A DNA stretch of 64,000 nt from Epiperipatus broadwayi (Eukaryota; Animalia; Onychophora), in contig JAQFVV010000003.1 of NCBI GenBank assembly GCA_028023455.1, positions 29,698,001-29,762,000 on the forward strand, written 5' to 3'. Within the stretch, counting starts at the first letter, position 1; the number at the start of each line of letters is the position of its first letter. The position numbers and the translations under genes are program-made. Shown in pieces: positions 53,201 to 64,000 of this stretch. The notes under the pieces were generated by a model. That model saw nothing but the letters and a program-made list of their open reading frames with translations. It had not been told where the DNA came from and ran no database searches.

Positions 53201-55405
53201 TCTTTATGATGTTGTATGATCTTCATCAGTTTATAAACAAACCAACCAAAACTTACTAGTGATTGTAAAACTTCTATATGAAAGAGCAAGAGATACACAT
53301 GGACAATGTTGATTTATCTTTATCAAATAGTAATACATCAATGGATCGGTAATATAGGTTAACTATTAAAATGATTAGGTTGTGGACATAGGCAATGTTT
53401 TGGTGTTATGTGAGCATTTGAGTTATGATGTCTGTCCTCACATCAATACAAGGAATTTTTTCATAGTAAATGATAATAAATTACTAATTGTACTGAATAT
53501 GATAATTGCCCTTATCATATTCTCATAAATAAAATAGCTACAGTTTAATACACTAAATTATAACTTAGAGTTTTACATTTGAAAGTTGCATATAGCCCAA
53601 AGACCTAAAGACATTTTGTTTTATAATTTAAATGCTAAGGTAGCTTAAATCAAATTTAAATATTTTATTTTATAAGATAGAATAATAATAGAAACATAGC
53701 CAATAATAATAGTGATACTATGAATATCGCTGTATTAGTTTGTCTTACCTACTATATGTATAGTCAACGGGATACCAATTAATCTCCATCCCTGATTTTG
53801 TTTAATGTATGCATCTTATTTCATGCAATGTGGCTGAAATAAATTTATAAATAATGTAAATAAATCTTGTTGTGTTAAAAATTTATTTAGTTGTCAGTAG
53901 TCTTAGTGCTAAACACCACACACACACACATTATTATTATTGTTATTGCTATCGACATATCATCTGATTATATGGAAATCATCATCAATCAATATAGTAT
54001 AAATAACTATATATGGGTATACCATAATAATTTTGGTAAGCTCTGTGATTTATGAGTACATCATCACTTAATAATCAAAATATTATTAACCTAGAGTGCA
54101 TATTATTTTAAGTGGTATACTTAAAGATAAACACTTAATAGTGGTTTAATCACTTTATTTGAACTTTATCATTCACTGATCTTGATCACATTGTTAATAT
54201 TTATTTGAGAAAAGGAAGTTGGTAAGTTATTGTGTTTATCTATTGAAAAATTATTCCTATTTCTTGAAGTTTAAAGTTTATAATAGTTAAGGAAATTATA
54301 AAGTTTCTTTTGAAATTACTAAATATTGTATGTTAATTCAATTTTGTATCAAGAGCCATTTTGTGCATTATATTTGGGTAGTGGCAAAATCCCTCTCACG
54401 GGCCCAAGCATATCTTGTATAACAACCTTTAAGTTATGTGAACCATGAGAAGAATAAGTTATTAATTTGCAATATGGGATTTGAATTTATGGTAAATTTT
54501 ATATCTAGTTATTTATTGTAGTTGGATTTGAGTTGTGTTACATTCACTGTTTTATGAAAAGTCAACCAAACTTTAAAGTATAAATTGCTTCTTTTGTCTT
54601 AAATGTATAGCTTGTTTTGACTTTATGGTGAATATTCTGGTTTTGGTAAGCTTGGAATCCCTATTTTATTTAGTTATCTTATGATCATTTAATTCAATAT
54701 CAATTTAGAGTTCTGGACATCATCTTCCATCATCATCATCATCATTCTTCTCATCTGTGATGTCAATCTTTCTTTATTCTTTTTCCCTCCTAATTCATTA
54801 TCCTAATTAACTCACCATTCACTAGCTCTTATTCCATTATCATCTTAACCATCCATTAACTCTTATTCTACCATCATCTCAATCATTCATTATTCTGATA
54901 CATCTTCATTCTTTTCTCTTCATTCTCAGACTCCTTTCATTTTATTATTTAATTATTACTTATTTTCATCATCCATTTAGTCATCTACATCCTAATTTAT
55001 TTATTGCTTAATTTATAATTTTAATTTCATATTCATTCCATCGATCTAATTATTATTTATTTATTGGTTTGATGAATATTAAATTTATTTCATAACATTT
55101 TGTTTGTTTGTTTGTGGATTTTAAAGCTAGTTTGACCAGAAGTTATTATCTTCATTAATCACCTTGTAATCTTCTCTAAATTTATAGTTTCATGCGAGCT
55201 TAGTCAATAAAGAAATCATCTCTTTAGTTTAACATTTATTTTAGGCATATATTCTAGATTAGTGGTAACTATAGGCTACAGAGGAGGATATATCACCCTA
55301 AAACATGAGTCTAGATTGATTAGATAGTTGTTGATAGAAGGTTACAGAGGAGGATATAGCTCCCAAACGTGTACGCTGACTAGCTAGATTAGTAAGAAGG
55401 TTACA
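50280..55405 (+). mobile_element. ~5.1 kb non-coding TGTAACC...GGTTACA element, copy 2 (giant solo-LTR-like)
   Basis: Same termini as copy 1, with a 4-bp ATAT TSD inside a TA run. Shared blocks include TATGGAGTAGARACT and TTTGGGTAGTGGCAAAATCCCTCTC. Confidence 0.7.
51778..52088. repeat. ~152-bp tandem duplication inside giant element copy 2
   Basis: Two units starting ATCAATAAAT (51778, 51930) share TTGAGCTTGTTAAT and TTATCTACAGAAAGTATGGATAAACCTAT. Confidence 0.85.
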
Positions 55406-55699
55406 ATATATATACATATTCTATCATTCCATTTTCATTCATTTTTTAAAACTTATTTGCACCTCTAATTATAACCTTCCTTTTCATATCTACTCCAATA
55501 GTATATTTAATTCTACATACATCCCCAACTCTTTCAGTTTAATAGACAATAATTATATATTACCTAATATTTTATGCTCTCTTTTCTAATAAATATAAGT
55601 CTTCACTTTTAAATGCTCATTTCATCCCACATATCTTAAAAAAATTAACATCACCATTCTCACAGAAACATTTTACCTTTAAATTAATTTCAATAAAAA

Positions 55700-56040
55700 T
55701 TTAAAATTATCCTATTATTAAATCTTGATAATACCCTTCTCTCCCATTCCTTATTTTTGCAAATTCATAATTATATTTTCAAAATACCTAAATATGTTTT
55801 TAGTAACATTATTTACATCATTATCTGTTCGCAACCTACATTACAATATTATTTTGGGTTTTTCTAAGACTTTAATATCTAAAATTGCGCAGCTTGCAGG
55901 CATACCTTTACATTCTTCTCTGTATCCTTTATAATTAACCTAATCCCATATATCTCTAATGATCATATCACCAAATAATGCAGTTTCCCTACTTTTAATT
56001 CCTGCATATTCCAGTGTTGATAAATTTTACAATAAATCTA
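55700..56040 (-). mobile_element. Decayed SGNH-esterase-like ORF1 fragment (CR1/L2-type LINE)
   Basis: TALFGDMIIRDI...GMPASCAILDI...RTDNDVN resembles the GDSIxR / CxPGAxIxD / GTND blocks. Confidence 0.45.
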
Positions 56041-58249
56041 GTCTATCTGCTATTTATTGCTTATTAAATTTATCATTGGATATATGATTTGGTTTTAAAA
56101 ATTAATAATAGACATACTATTTAATCTTGAGAATGGAAGTTTATTTACTAATTGATAGATTTGAGACAATTAATATACCACAAAAAACTGCCACTAAAAA
56201 ATTATAATGAATGATTATATTATTTTTAATAGAAGAGCACAAATATTTCTTGTAATAAAAACATTATATTAATTTGTCATGACATTTTTTTTTGATAAAA
56301 ATGTAGATTAAGACTGGATCTGTTTGGTACCAACTCTCTACCAAAAATGCTTCCCAATTGTGAAGTGAATGTTTTACAATTATAAACAAAATGTTGCAGT
56401 TAATATTAAAGCCCTCTTTAGCTATGAAGTTACCTTGGTCAATTACACAAGAACAGATTGTATTAGAAATCCATTTTTTTTTTCTGATGTATGTCCTTCA
56501 GAATCTTGTATTTACAGTTTTTTAAAATTATCTACAAATTCTATTATTAATTCTGTATTTCTAAAACATTCCTGAATCAATTGTCTGGATTATATTCGAG
56601 ATTTAAAGATTACTGTGTTTAAATAAATTAGACAGTAGTGACATGTATTTTCACCTTCTGAAGTCATAATTTAAGGAATAAATAAAAATCATGAATAAGT
56701 AAATAACAATCCCATTTTGACAAACAGTTTTTAGGCAATTAATTTTATTTTGATAGAAATCATTACATATGCATTGTTTCTGTTCAGTGATCATTTTTTA
56801 CTTCCATTAAAAGCAATAATTCACACTATTTACTCCAGAAGTCTTTATTTGAAGCTCAAGTAATTGTTGAATAGTAGATAATATTAATGATTGCATATCC
56901 TAATGCATATGGTGAAAGTATATGGATAACAGAAAATTATAGTTACTAAAATTTATAATTACTGCTAGTGTCAGATGTATATAAACTCGAGCAATTTGTC
57001 GATGCATAACTTTAGTATTTTTTAAATCTCAGATTATTATCTTCAATAGTATTAAAAAAATCTGATAGCTTGATGTTTGGCTACAAATCCTACTCTTTGT
57101 TAAGGAGATCTACAAACTAAAAATTAATCTGGGAGCTCAGAAATTTTCTGCTCTTATTGCAGATATAAAAAATTGAAATATATGTGCAATGTTTTGCTTG
57201 GTATATAACTGTTTTACTAACAACTAACTAGTTTTATGAATATTATTATAATTCAATTTACATATGCCAAATTGTTTGTATTTATTTACTTTATAATAAT
57301 ATATGAATGCACTTCTGATTATCACGAGATATTTATTAGATTAAAAGTATTACAATAATCTCTAGCTTAGTAAATAATTTGTTGTAATCATTACTGTATT
57401 TATTTAAAGCCAATGTTGTCAAATGAGTGCTAAAAGTTTAACACTTGTAAATTGAATTCTAATAATTTACTAGGAGATAAATACTGAACAATAATGATAA
57501 ATATGATTTCTTCAGTCAAATAAAAAAGTGCTGGATCTGTTAGAAATACATCTTGGTGTTTATTTGTTCTTTCCATCCAGTTATCTTTATTTATAGGTTT
57601 GAAGATGGAGGTTTGAAAATATATTTTTATAGTTAAATTAAAAAAACATTTTACACATATGTAGAGTGACATGTATGTGTCAAACAAATGAGAAATTTGG
57701 ACAGCGTAAATTAAAATATTAGTTTAATTTCCAGTAAAATTCAATTACATACATAATTGTTACATACATCAGCAAAGCACTCCTTTAAAGTTGGGTACCA
57801 TAAGTCTGCCCATTAACCACTGTAGTCTCTTCTTTTTTACTACCATCTCTTATTTACCTAACTTCTGGAGTCCAAAAAAACCATCTCTAATTCCATAAAT
57901 ACCTCTCTTTATATGGGCTGCTAACTGAGCCCTTCACTGGTCACTATAGGTTTTGATTAATCTCCAAATTTACCTTTTAAGGCAAGGTATTTTGGTGGTA
58001 AATTTTACTTAAACCTTCACACCATATATGATTATTTTCTAAATGACATCGTTACATTAGATCTATAATTATTTAGATAATTCCAATATTATTTAGTTAT
58101 ACACTTCTAATATTATTTAGTCATACAATTCTATATTTATTTATGAATCCCCCTGATTTTCCAATACTATTTACATAATAAAATTTCAAACAATCCTAAA
58201 ACAACTTTTCCATGATGCCACACTCCTCCTCCCACTCCAGAAGTATCGG

Positions 58250-61200
58250 TTATTTCACAAAGTCTCTTAGGTATGCAGGTGGTTTTCTATTTTGTCTTGG
58301 GTGGTGGTACCCTTGCTCTTCTCTTGACTGCTCCTCTTCACTTAAATTCTCTGTTTCTGGCTGTTCTTCACTCATACTGGCTCTCTACTTTCAGGTGCAT
58401 TATCTGCTTCACTAATTTCTATTTGGATTTCTGGGTTAGCAATTTGGATCTTGCTGATCTCCGGTTTAGTCTCTCTTGATTTGTTCTTATTATTTTGGTT
58501 GAGGTATCTTCCTTTTCAGCTTTGACTCCAATGGCAAATGTGGTTAAAGTGGCTTTTGTATACCATCTCATCTTCCGTTCTGTCGCAATATTCTTTGAAG
58601 TTATGCTGACTACTTCGCCTTTTATCCAGATTTTACTAGACAATCTCTAATCCACATCTTCTCACCAATGATGAACTTCTCATGCTCTGATTATCCAGTT
58701 TTCTTAGTTGGTTCAGGTAGTAACAAGTTTAGCTCTGTCTATAATCTTCACTTCAGGAACAATTCAGCTGGTGATTTTCTGCTTGCTGCTGTTGGAGTGG
58801 CATGTTGCTGTAAGAGTATTTTATCTAACACTTCTAATATCTTTGCAGGGTTTTGCTTTCTTAGTACATTTTTTAGCTGTTTTACTGCATTTTCAGTGAG
58901 TCCATTGCTTTCAGGGTGGTATGGTGGTGCATGGATATGTGTAATACCTTTGGTCATCAAAAACTCCTTAAAGTTTGATGATGCAAAACCTGGACCATTG
59001 TCCATGACTAGTGTTTCAGAATATCCTTGGGTTGTGAATATTGAACTTAAATTCTTGATGACTTCATCTGTCCCAGATTTTTAATGACTCTGTATTCTAT
59101 CCAGCATGAATCAGCATCGACCAATACTAGGAAAATGTATCCCATGAAAGGGAAAGCATAATCCATATGACTCAACTCTTGTAGCTGATGGCCATGAACT
59201 ATATTCCTTCTTTTTCTATCCAGTATTTGCTTGACAGTCTACACAGATTTTTGTGAACATTTCTATCTCTTCATTCAGTTTTGGTTACCAAAAATAACTC
59301 CTTGCCAATGCCTTCACATGCATTATCCCAGGATGACCACTATGAAGTAAACTTAGGACTTTGTTTTAGCCTCTTGAAAGTATCACAACTCTGTCACCAT
59401 TGAGGATGCAACCCTTGCAGATTGATAGCTGAGAATGTGTATTCCAGAATGCTATTAGTAAGTTTTTAGATCTTCTATTGAGACAACCCTTACTGATTCA
59501 GCCCTTAAGTATTTGGTAGCCTGGGTCAACATCTGCCCATTCAGATATGCATCTACTATTCACCACTTTCAATTCCCAATTGTTAATGTAATTGACTTCT
59601 ATGATGGGTTTTTCTTTTTCTGAGGTATCTGGCAATCTTGACAATGCATCAACATGTTGGATCAATTTGCCAATCCTATATTGTATTTCATAGTCATAAG
59701 CCAAAAGTATGGTAATCCTGCATAACAACCGTGGGCTTAGGTGATCAGGAATAGGGTTGTTGCAAATATTCCCAGCAATAGTTTGTGATTTGTGGTTATG
59801 GTAAACTTCCATCTGTACAAATACTGGTGGAATTTTGATTCCAAAAACTATTGCCAATGCCTCCTTATCTATTTGGCTGTAATTTTTTTTGGCACTAGAC
59901 AGAGTCCTTGAGGCATAAGCTATTGGTCTTTCGCCATTAGGGATGATGTGTTAGCACTGCACCTACTCCATACTCTGATGCATCCATTGTCAACCATAAT
60001 TCTGCCTTGTTATCATAATGCACTAGTAGTTTCTCTGATGTCAGTATGGCTTTTGTTTTATTAAAGGCATTCTCACGTTCTGATGTCCCCCTTAGGAAAG
60101 TTCAAAGTAATTGATAAGTCCCAGGAATGCCTGAAGTTCTTTCATGTTCCTTGGTCTAGGTGCATTATTCACTGCCTTTGTTTTCTCAGGTGATGGGAAT
60201 TTTCCTTGTTCAGATATTATGTGTCCCAAAAAATTAAGTTTCTGAGTGCTCTATACACATTTATTGGCATTCAGCATGGCTCCAAATTTCTCCAACCTCC
60301 TGTACACTTGGATGACTCTATCTCTGAGGTTTTCCTCAGAGTCAGCTGTAATAAGAATATCATAATATGGGATGATTCCTGTCAGTCCTTTTACCAAATG
60401 ATCCATCTTTTCTTGGAAAAATGTTAGGAGTCACACTAATCCCAAAAGGCAGCCAATTATATTTAAATAACACTAGATGTGTTGTTATGGTTAGCAACTT
60501 TGATGTTTCTTCATTCATGGGTATTTGATGGAATGCAGCATGGAGATTGAGCTTGGCAAAATGTGAAGTCTTCTTCAAGAGGACTAGAACCCTTCTTGTG
60601 TTTGGGATTGGATATGCACTTTTACACAAATTTTTATTTATCATCCCTTTATAGTCTCCACAGAGACAAACTTTGCCATCAGGTTTGTTCACCACTATGA
60701 TTGGAGTAGCCCAGTCTGCATCTTCAGTTGGGCTTTATAATACCCTTTTGCATAAGGTCATTCAATGCTTCTTCCACCTTGCTTCACTGTGCATATGATT
60801 CCAGCTTTTGCATATTACAGGTGTTGAGTGATCCTTTAACTCTAGTTGTGCTTGTATTGTTTGTATTTGACCCAATCTTGTACTAAATAGAAATGGGAAT
60901 TTACTTTGCATTTCTTGTCCGATATTAATTTTTTTTATTACATTGATCGTGATTCCTAACGGTCAGAACTAGTTCCTACTGATAAGTGGGTTTATTTGTT
61001 TGTGCACTATAAATAATGGTAGCACTCTGCTGTTAGCATTCAATTTTACCCTCACCAAAACTCTTCTGACAATCTTGACTGTGTTTCCATTTAGTCTCTA
61101 GCACAAACTTCAGTCCTCTTGATTTTTTTAGAAAATCTGTTTTCTTTAGTAATGTTCTTCCAATCTCTTAAAGACATAAGAAAGACTCCCGAGCTGCTAT

Positions 61201-61250
61201 CTATTTCTATTTTTTAAATGCTTCCCTTCTATATATAATGTTTGCTTAAT
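58250..61250 (-). pseudogene. Gypsy pol (PR-RT-RNase H-IN), disrupted
   Basis: EIDSSSG (PR); KPDGKVCLCGDYK...LPFGISVTPNIF (RT, ORF 60360..60695); DASEYGVGAVL (RH); HPGIMHVKALARSY and DNGPGF...PYHPESNGLTE (IN, ORF 58748..59005). Multiple stops and frameshifts. Confidence 0.92.
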
Positions 61251-61369
61251 TTCAGACTCTTCACTCTTTAATGCTTTCATATCATATATTTCTGGGGATT
61301 GCTTTCTTAAACTTAATTGGTCAAAATCCCTCACCAGAGGTCCTTGTAATCCATGGCTTGACAGTTTTC

Positions 61370-62115
61370 ACTGGGATTGACTACAATTATGCTCGAGGTG
61401 TTCTGGTTTTCCACAGTGATAACATATGCGATTGTACCTATAATCTTTCTGGCCCCTGCCTTTCCCTTCTCATTCGACTGTTCTCTGGTTTGACTGATAT
61501 TGTATATACTGCAATGTGTTATTTATGTATTCCTTAGCTTGGTTGATTACTAATTCATGTGCCATCCCTTTTTTTATTGTTTCCTTATATGTTATGGTCG
61601 AGTCCGCTACTAACTGTTTGTAGAATTTTGTTTTGTGTAATCCTAATAACAATTGTTCAAGGAGTGCATCTTCTAAGAAGTGGCCACAAGCACAATTTTT
61701 TGCTAACTCGCATAGAGCCACATCATATTCCTTAAAGGTTTCATCTTTTTCCTGTCATCATTATCTAAAATGTAATCTTGCAATATGTTTTGATGGTAGA
61801 GGGCAGAACTCTGTAGTTAATTTCACAACTACCTTGTTATATGGTAACATTTCAGGCTCATCTGGCTCACACAAATGGTTGGCTATTTTCAATACTTTGA
61901 TCCCTGCAAAACCCAAAAGAGTAGTTATTTTTATATGATTTTCTTTGACACTATTTACCAGGAAATGTTTCTCTACTAATTTTACATGTAATGGCCAGTT
62001 GTCCGGATTTTCCAACATCAAAGTCTGCTATTGGCAATTGTATGCTCACAGCCATTTTTGATGCATGAATTTATCTCCAGTCATGGTTACCTTTTTTGGT
62101 TTAATACTGAAGTCT
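61370..62115 (-). pseudogene. Gypsy gag, disrupted
   Basis: ORFs 61761..62021 and 61470..61721 (LCELAKNCACGHFLEDALLEQLLLG) plus a CCHC knuckle CYHCGKPEHLEHNC near 61385-61430. Confidence 0.85.
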
Positions 62116-64000
62116 GACATTTGTTTGCTGTTCCCAAAATCTGTCTAACAGTGATCCTGTTGACAGTGCCAGATTTGACGTGTATTGTCAAACAAATGAG
62201 AAATTTAGACAGATTGCATAAGTTAAAATATTAGTTTAATTTCCAGAAAAATTCAATTACGTACATAACTGTTACATATGTTGGCAAAGCACTCCTTTAA
62301 AGTTGGGTATCATACACCTGCACGTTAGGGCCACTGTAGTCTCTTCTTTTTTACTACCACGATTCTCCCTCTATATCACACTTATATACCTATCTTCTGG
62401 AGTACAAACAAAACATCTCTAATTCCATAAATACCTCTCCTTATATGATCTGCTGAACCCTTCACTAGTCCTCATTGGTTTTGATTAATCCCCAAATTCA
62501 CCTTATAAGGTGAGGTATTTTGGTGGTAAATTTTACTTAAATCTTCATACCATATATGGTTATTTTCTACATGACATTGTTACATTAGATCTATAATTAT
62601 TTAGATAATTCCAATATTATTTAGTTATACACTTCTAATATCATTTAGCCATACAATTCTATATTTATTTATGAATCCCCCTAATTTTACAATTCTATTT
62701 ACATAATAAATTTCAATCAATCCTAAACCAACTTGTCCATGACACCACATAGAGAGAAGACACCACTCTTTAATTAATCTAAGTTTATTGGTTTATCAGT
62801 CTTTTTTCAAATAATCAAAAATTTCTGCAGTTAATTTATAATGAAGATCACTTGAACATGTAATTGCTAACATAGTGATATTTGTATATAAACTAGTTGT
62901 CTAGGTTCAAAACTTTAGAGTGAAAAATAAGCACTGAATGAAAATAATACAAACTGACCAGATCAGTTATCTGTAAACCAATTATAGAAATCTGTCATAA
63001 TCACTGCTGAGCATTTATTAGTTTTTTTCAACGCTTATTCATGTGAGCTCTCTCTGAAATTTGAATGTCTTTGATTCATTGATGTGTAAAGGATATTATG
63101 GTGATATACTTATGTTTTGATTAATTATATAGTATGACAATGCTGGAAATAAAATACTATATATTTTTTAAATTTATTTCAGTAGCAGTAAATTAATGAC
63201 TTAAAGATCTATATTTACAAAAAAGGTTACTATTGTTTGAAATTACTTTTTAACTGAGTCTATTAAAATGCTAAACTCTGAATTAATTTCTGACCCATGC
63301 AGCTTTTCAAATATCTGGTTCAAAATTAAGAAAGTTTTAGCTTGAATATCATAAAAAGAAAACAATTAAGTTCCATGATAGATTATAGCAATACTGGGAC
63401 TCTTGATATGAAAAGGATGAATTATGTTAAACTCATCATGATAGTCTGTTTACATTGTTATTTTCTCATTGACAAAAATCAAAGCAGCAATATTTGCATG
63501 ATGTATCAAGGATACTGTGATCTCTAGTGGTAGTGAAGAAGTAGTATTTCTCTGTTAGATTAGAATCAATATAAAAGATGTGTCACACACTTTAATTCAG
63601 TGGTGACAGTAGCAGTCTTGATTCCCAGCTGAAGAAAGTAATAAAGTTAAATGGAACTATTTTATTCAATCTGCTGCTTTAATGCTTGAATATTTATTGT
63701 TTCTTCTGAACAATTGAATATATCATTTTAATGTGAAAAGTGTATTTAGAAGTTACAATTTAGGCCACATCTAATAAATTCTCGCCTAAAGAGTGATGAA
63801 AGAAACTAGGTTAGCCTGTACTACGGTGAAGTAGTAACAATTATCATCAGTAATAATTTGCCATTCTTTTAATCTTTTTTTTAGCATATCAATAATTTTA
63901 ATAGCTGGCAAGCAATGACAAACTTTTATTGATGGTGATCAAATGCCATCATATGGTTATAGTATTTTATTATCTAGTTACACCATTAAGATAGTTACAC

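Larger units (their letters stand above)
57667..62749 (-). mobile_element. Full-length defective Ty3/Gypsy (Mag-like) LTR retrotransposon
   Basis: 5' LTR 62176-62749, 3' LTR 57667-58222 (~85-90% identical by eye), exact 5-bp TSD TAGAG, PBS-like TGGCACTGTCA (62161-71), PPT GGAGTGGGAGGAGGAG (58223-38), gag-PR-RT-RH-IN order. Confidence 0.96.

Noticed and set aside
53195-53230. Minus-strand CTGATGA-AGAT...ATC hammerhead-like motif in giant element copy 2
   Set aside because: No GAAA box, and the homologous position in copy 1 (~17400) lacks the core.
974-63527. Most 60-100 aa ORF-track entries (e.g. 974..1165, 2274..2525, 16030..16218, 23936..24136, 49232..49444)
   Set aside because: F/I/L/K/Y/N-rich products expected from AT-rich DNA, often with non-ATG starts, no recognisable domains, or antisense shadows of TE ORFs.

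Overview
Very AT-rich, CpG-depleted eukaryotic genomic DNA, probably invertebrate (inferred from composition and TE content; taxon not determinable here). One host gene is recognisable: ING3 on the minus strand. Its coding exons 1-7 (ATG at 45313 down to 2569; 696 nt, 232 codons, all GT-AG, phases compatible) have three 10-19 kb introns; the PHD-finger exons lie left of the window. A promoter-like motif cluster sits at 45.58-45.88 kb. The rest is layered transposon sequence: a complete but dead Mag-type Gypsy element (57667-62749, 5-bp TSD), a non-autonomous LTR element (37347-40715, 4-bp TSD) that splits a hAT/Buster transposase, two diverged ~5 kb non-coding TGTAACC...GGTTACA elements (giant solo-LTR-like), a Merlin element, a pogo/Tigger-like MITE, a young tRNA-Gly-derived SINE, and RTE, Penelope-like (PLE), Helitron and esterase-ORF1 relics. 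The most unusual signal is a set of hammerhead-ribozyme-like motifs. Two of them lie in fold-back palindromes; one is a ~600 bp head-to-head duplication of a tRNA-SINE-head plus hammerhead unit at 22.1-22.7 kb. All alignments and identities were done by eye, relic boundaries are approximate, and no database searches were run.
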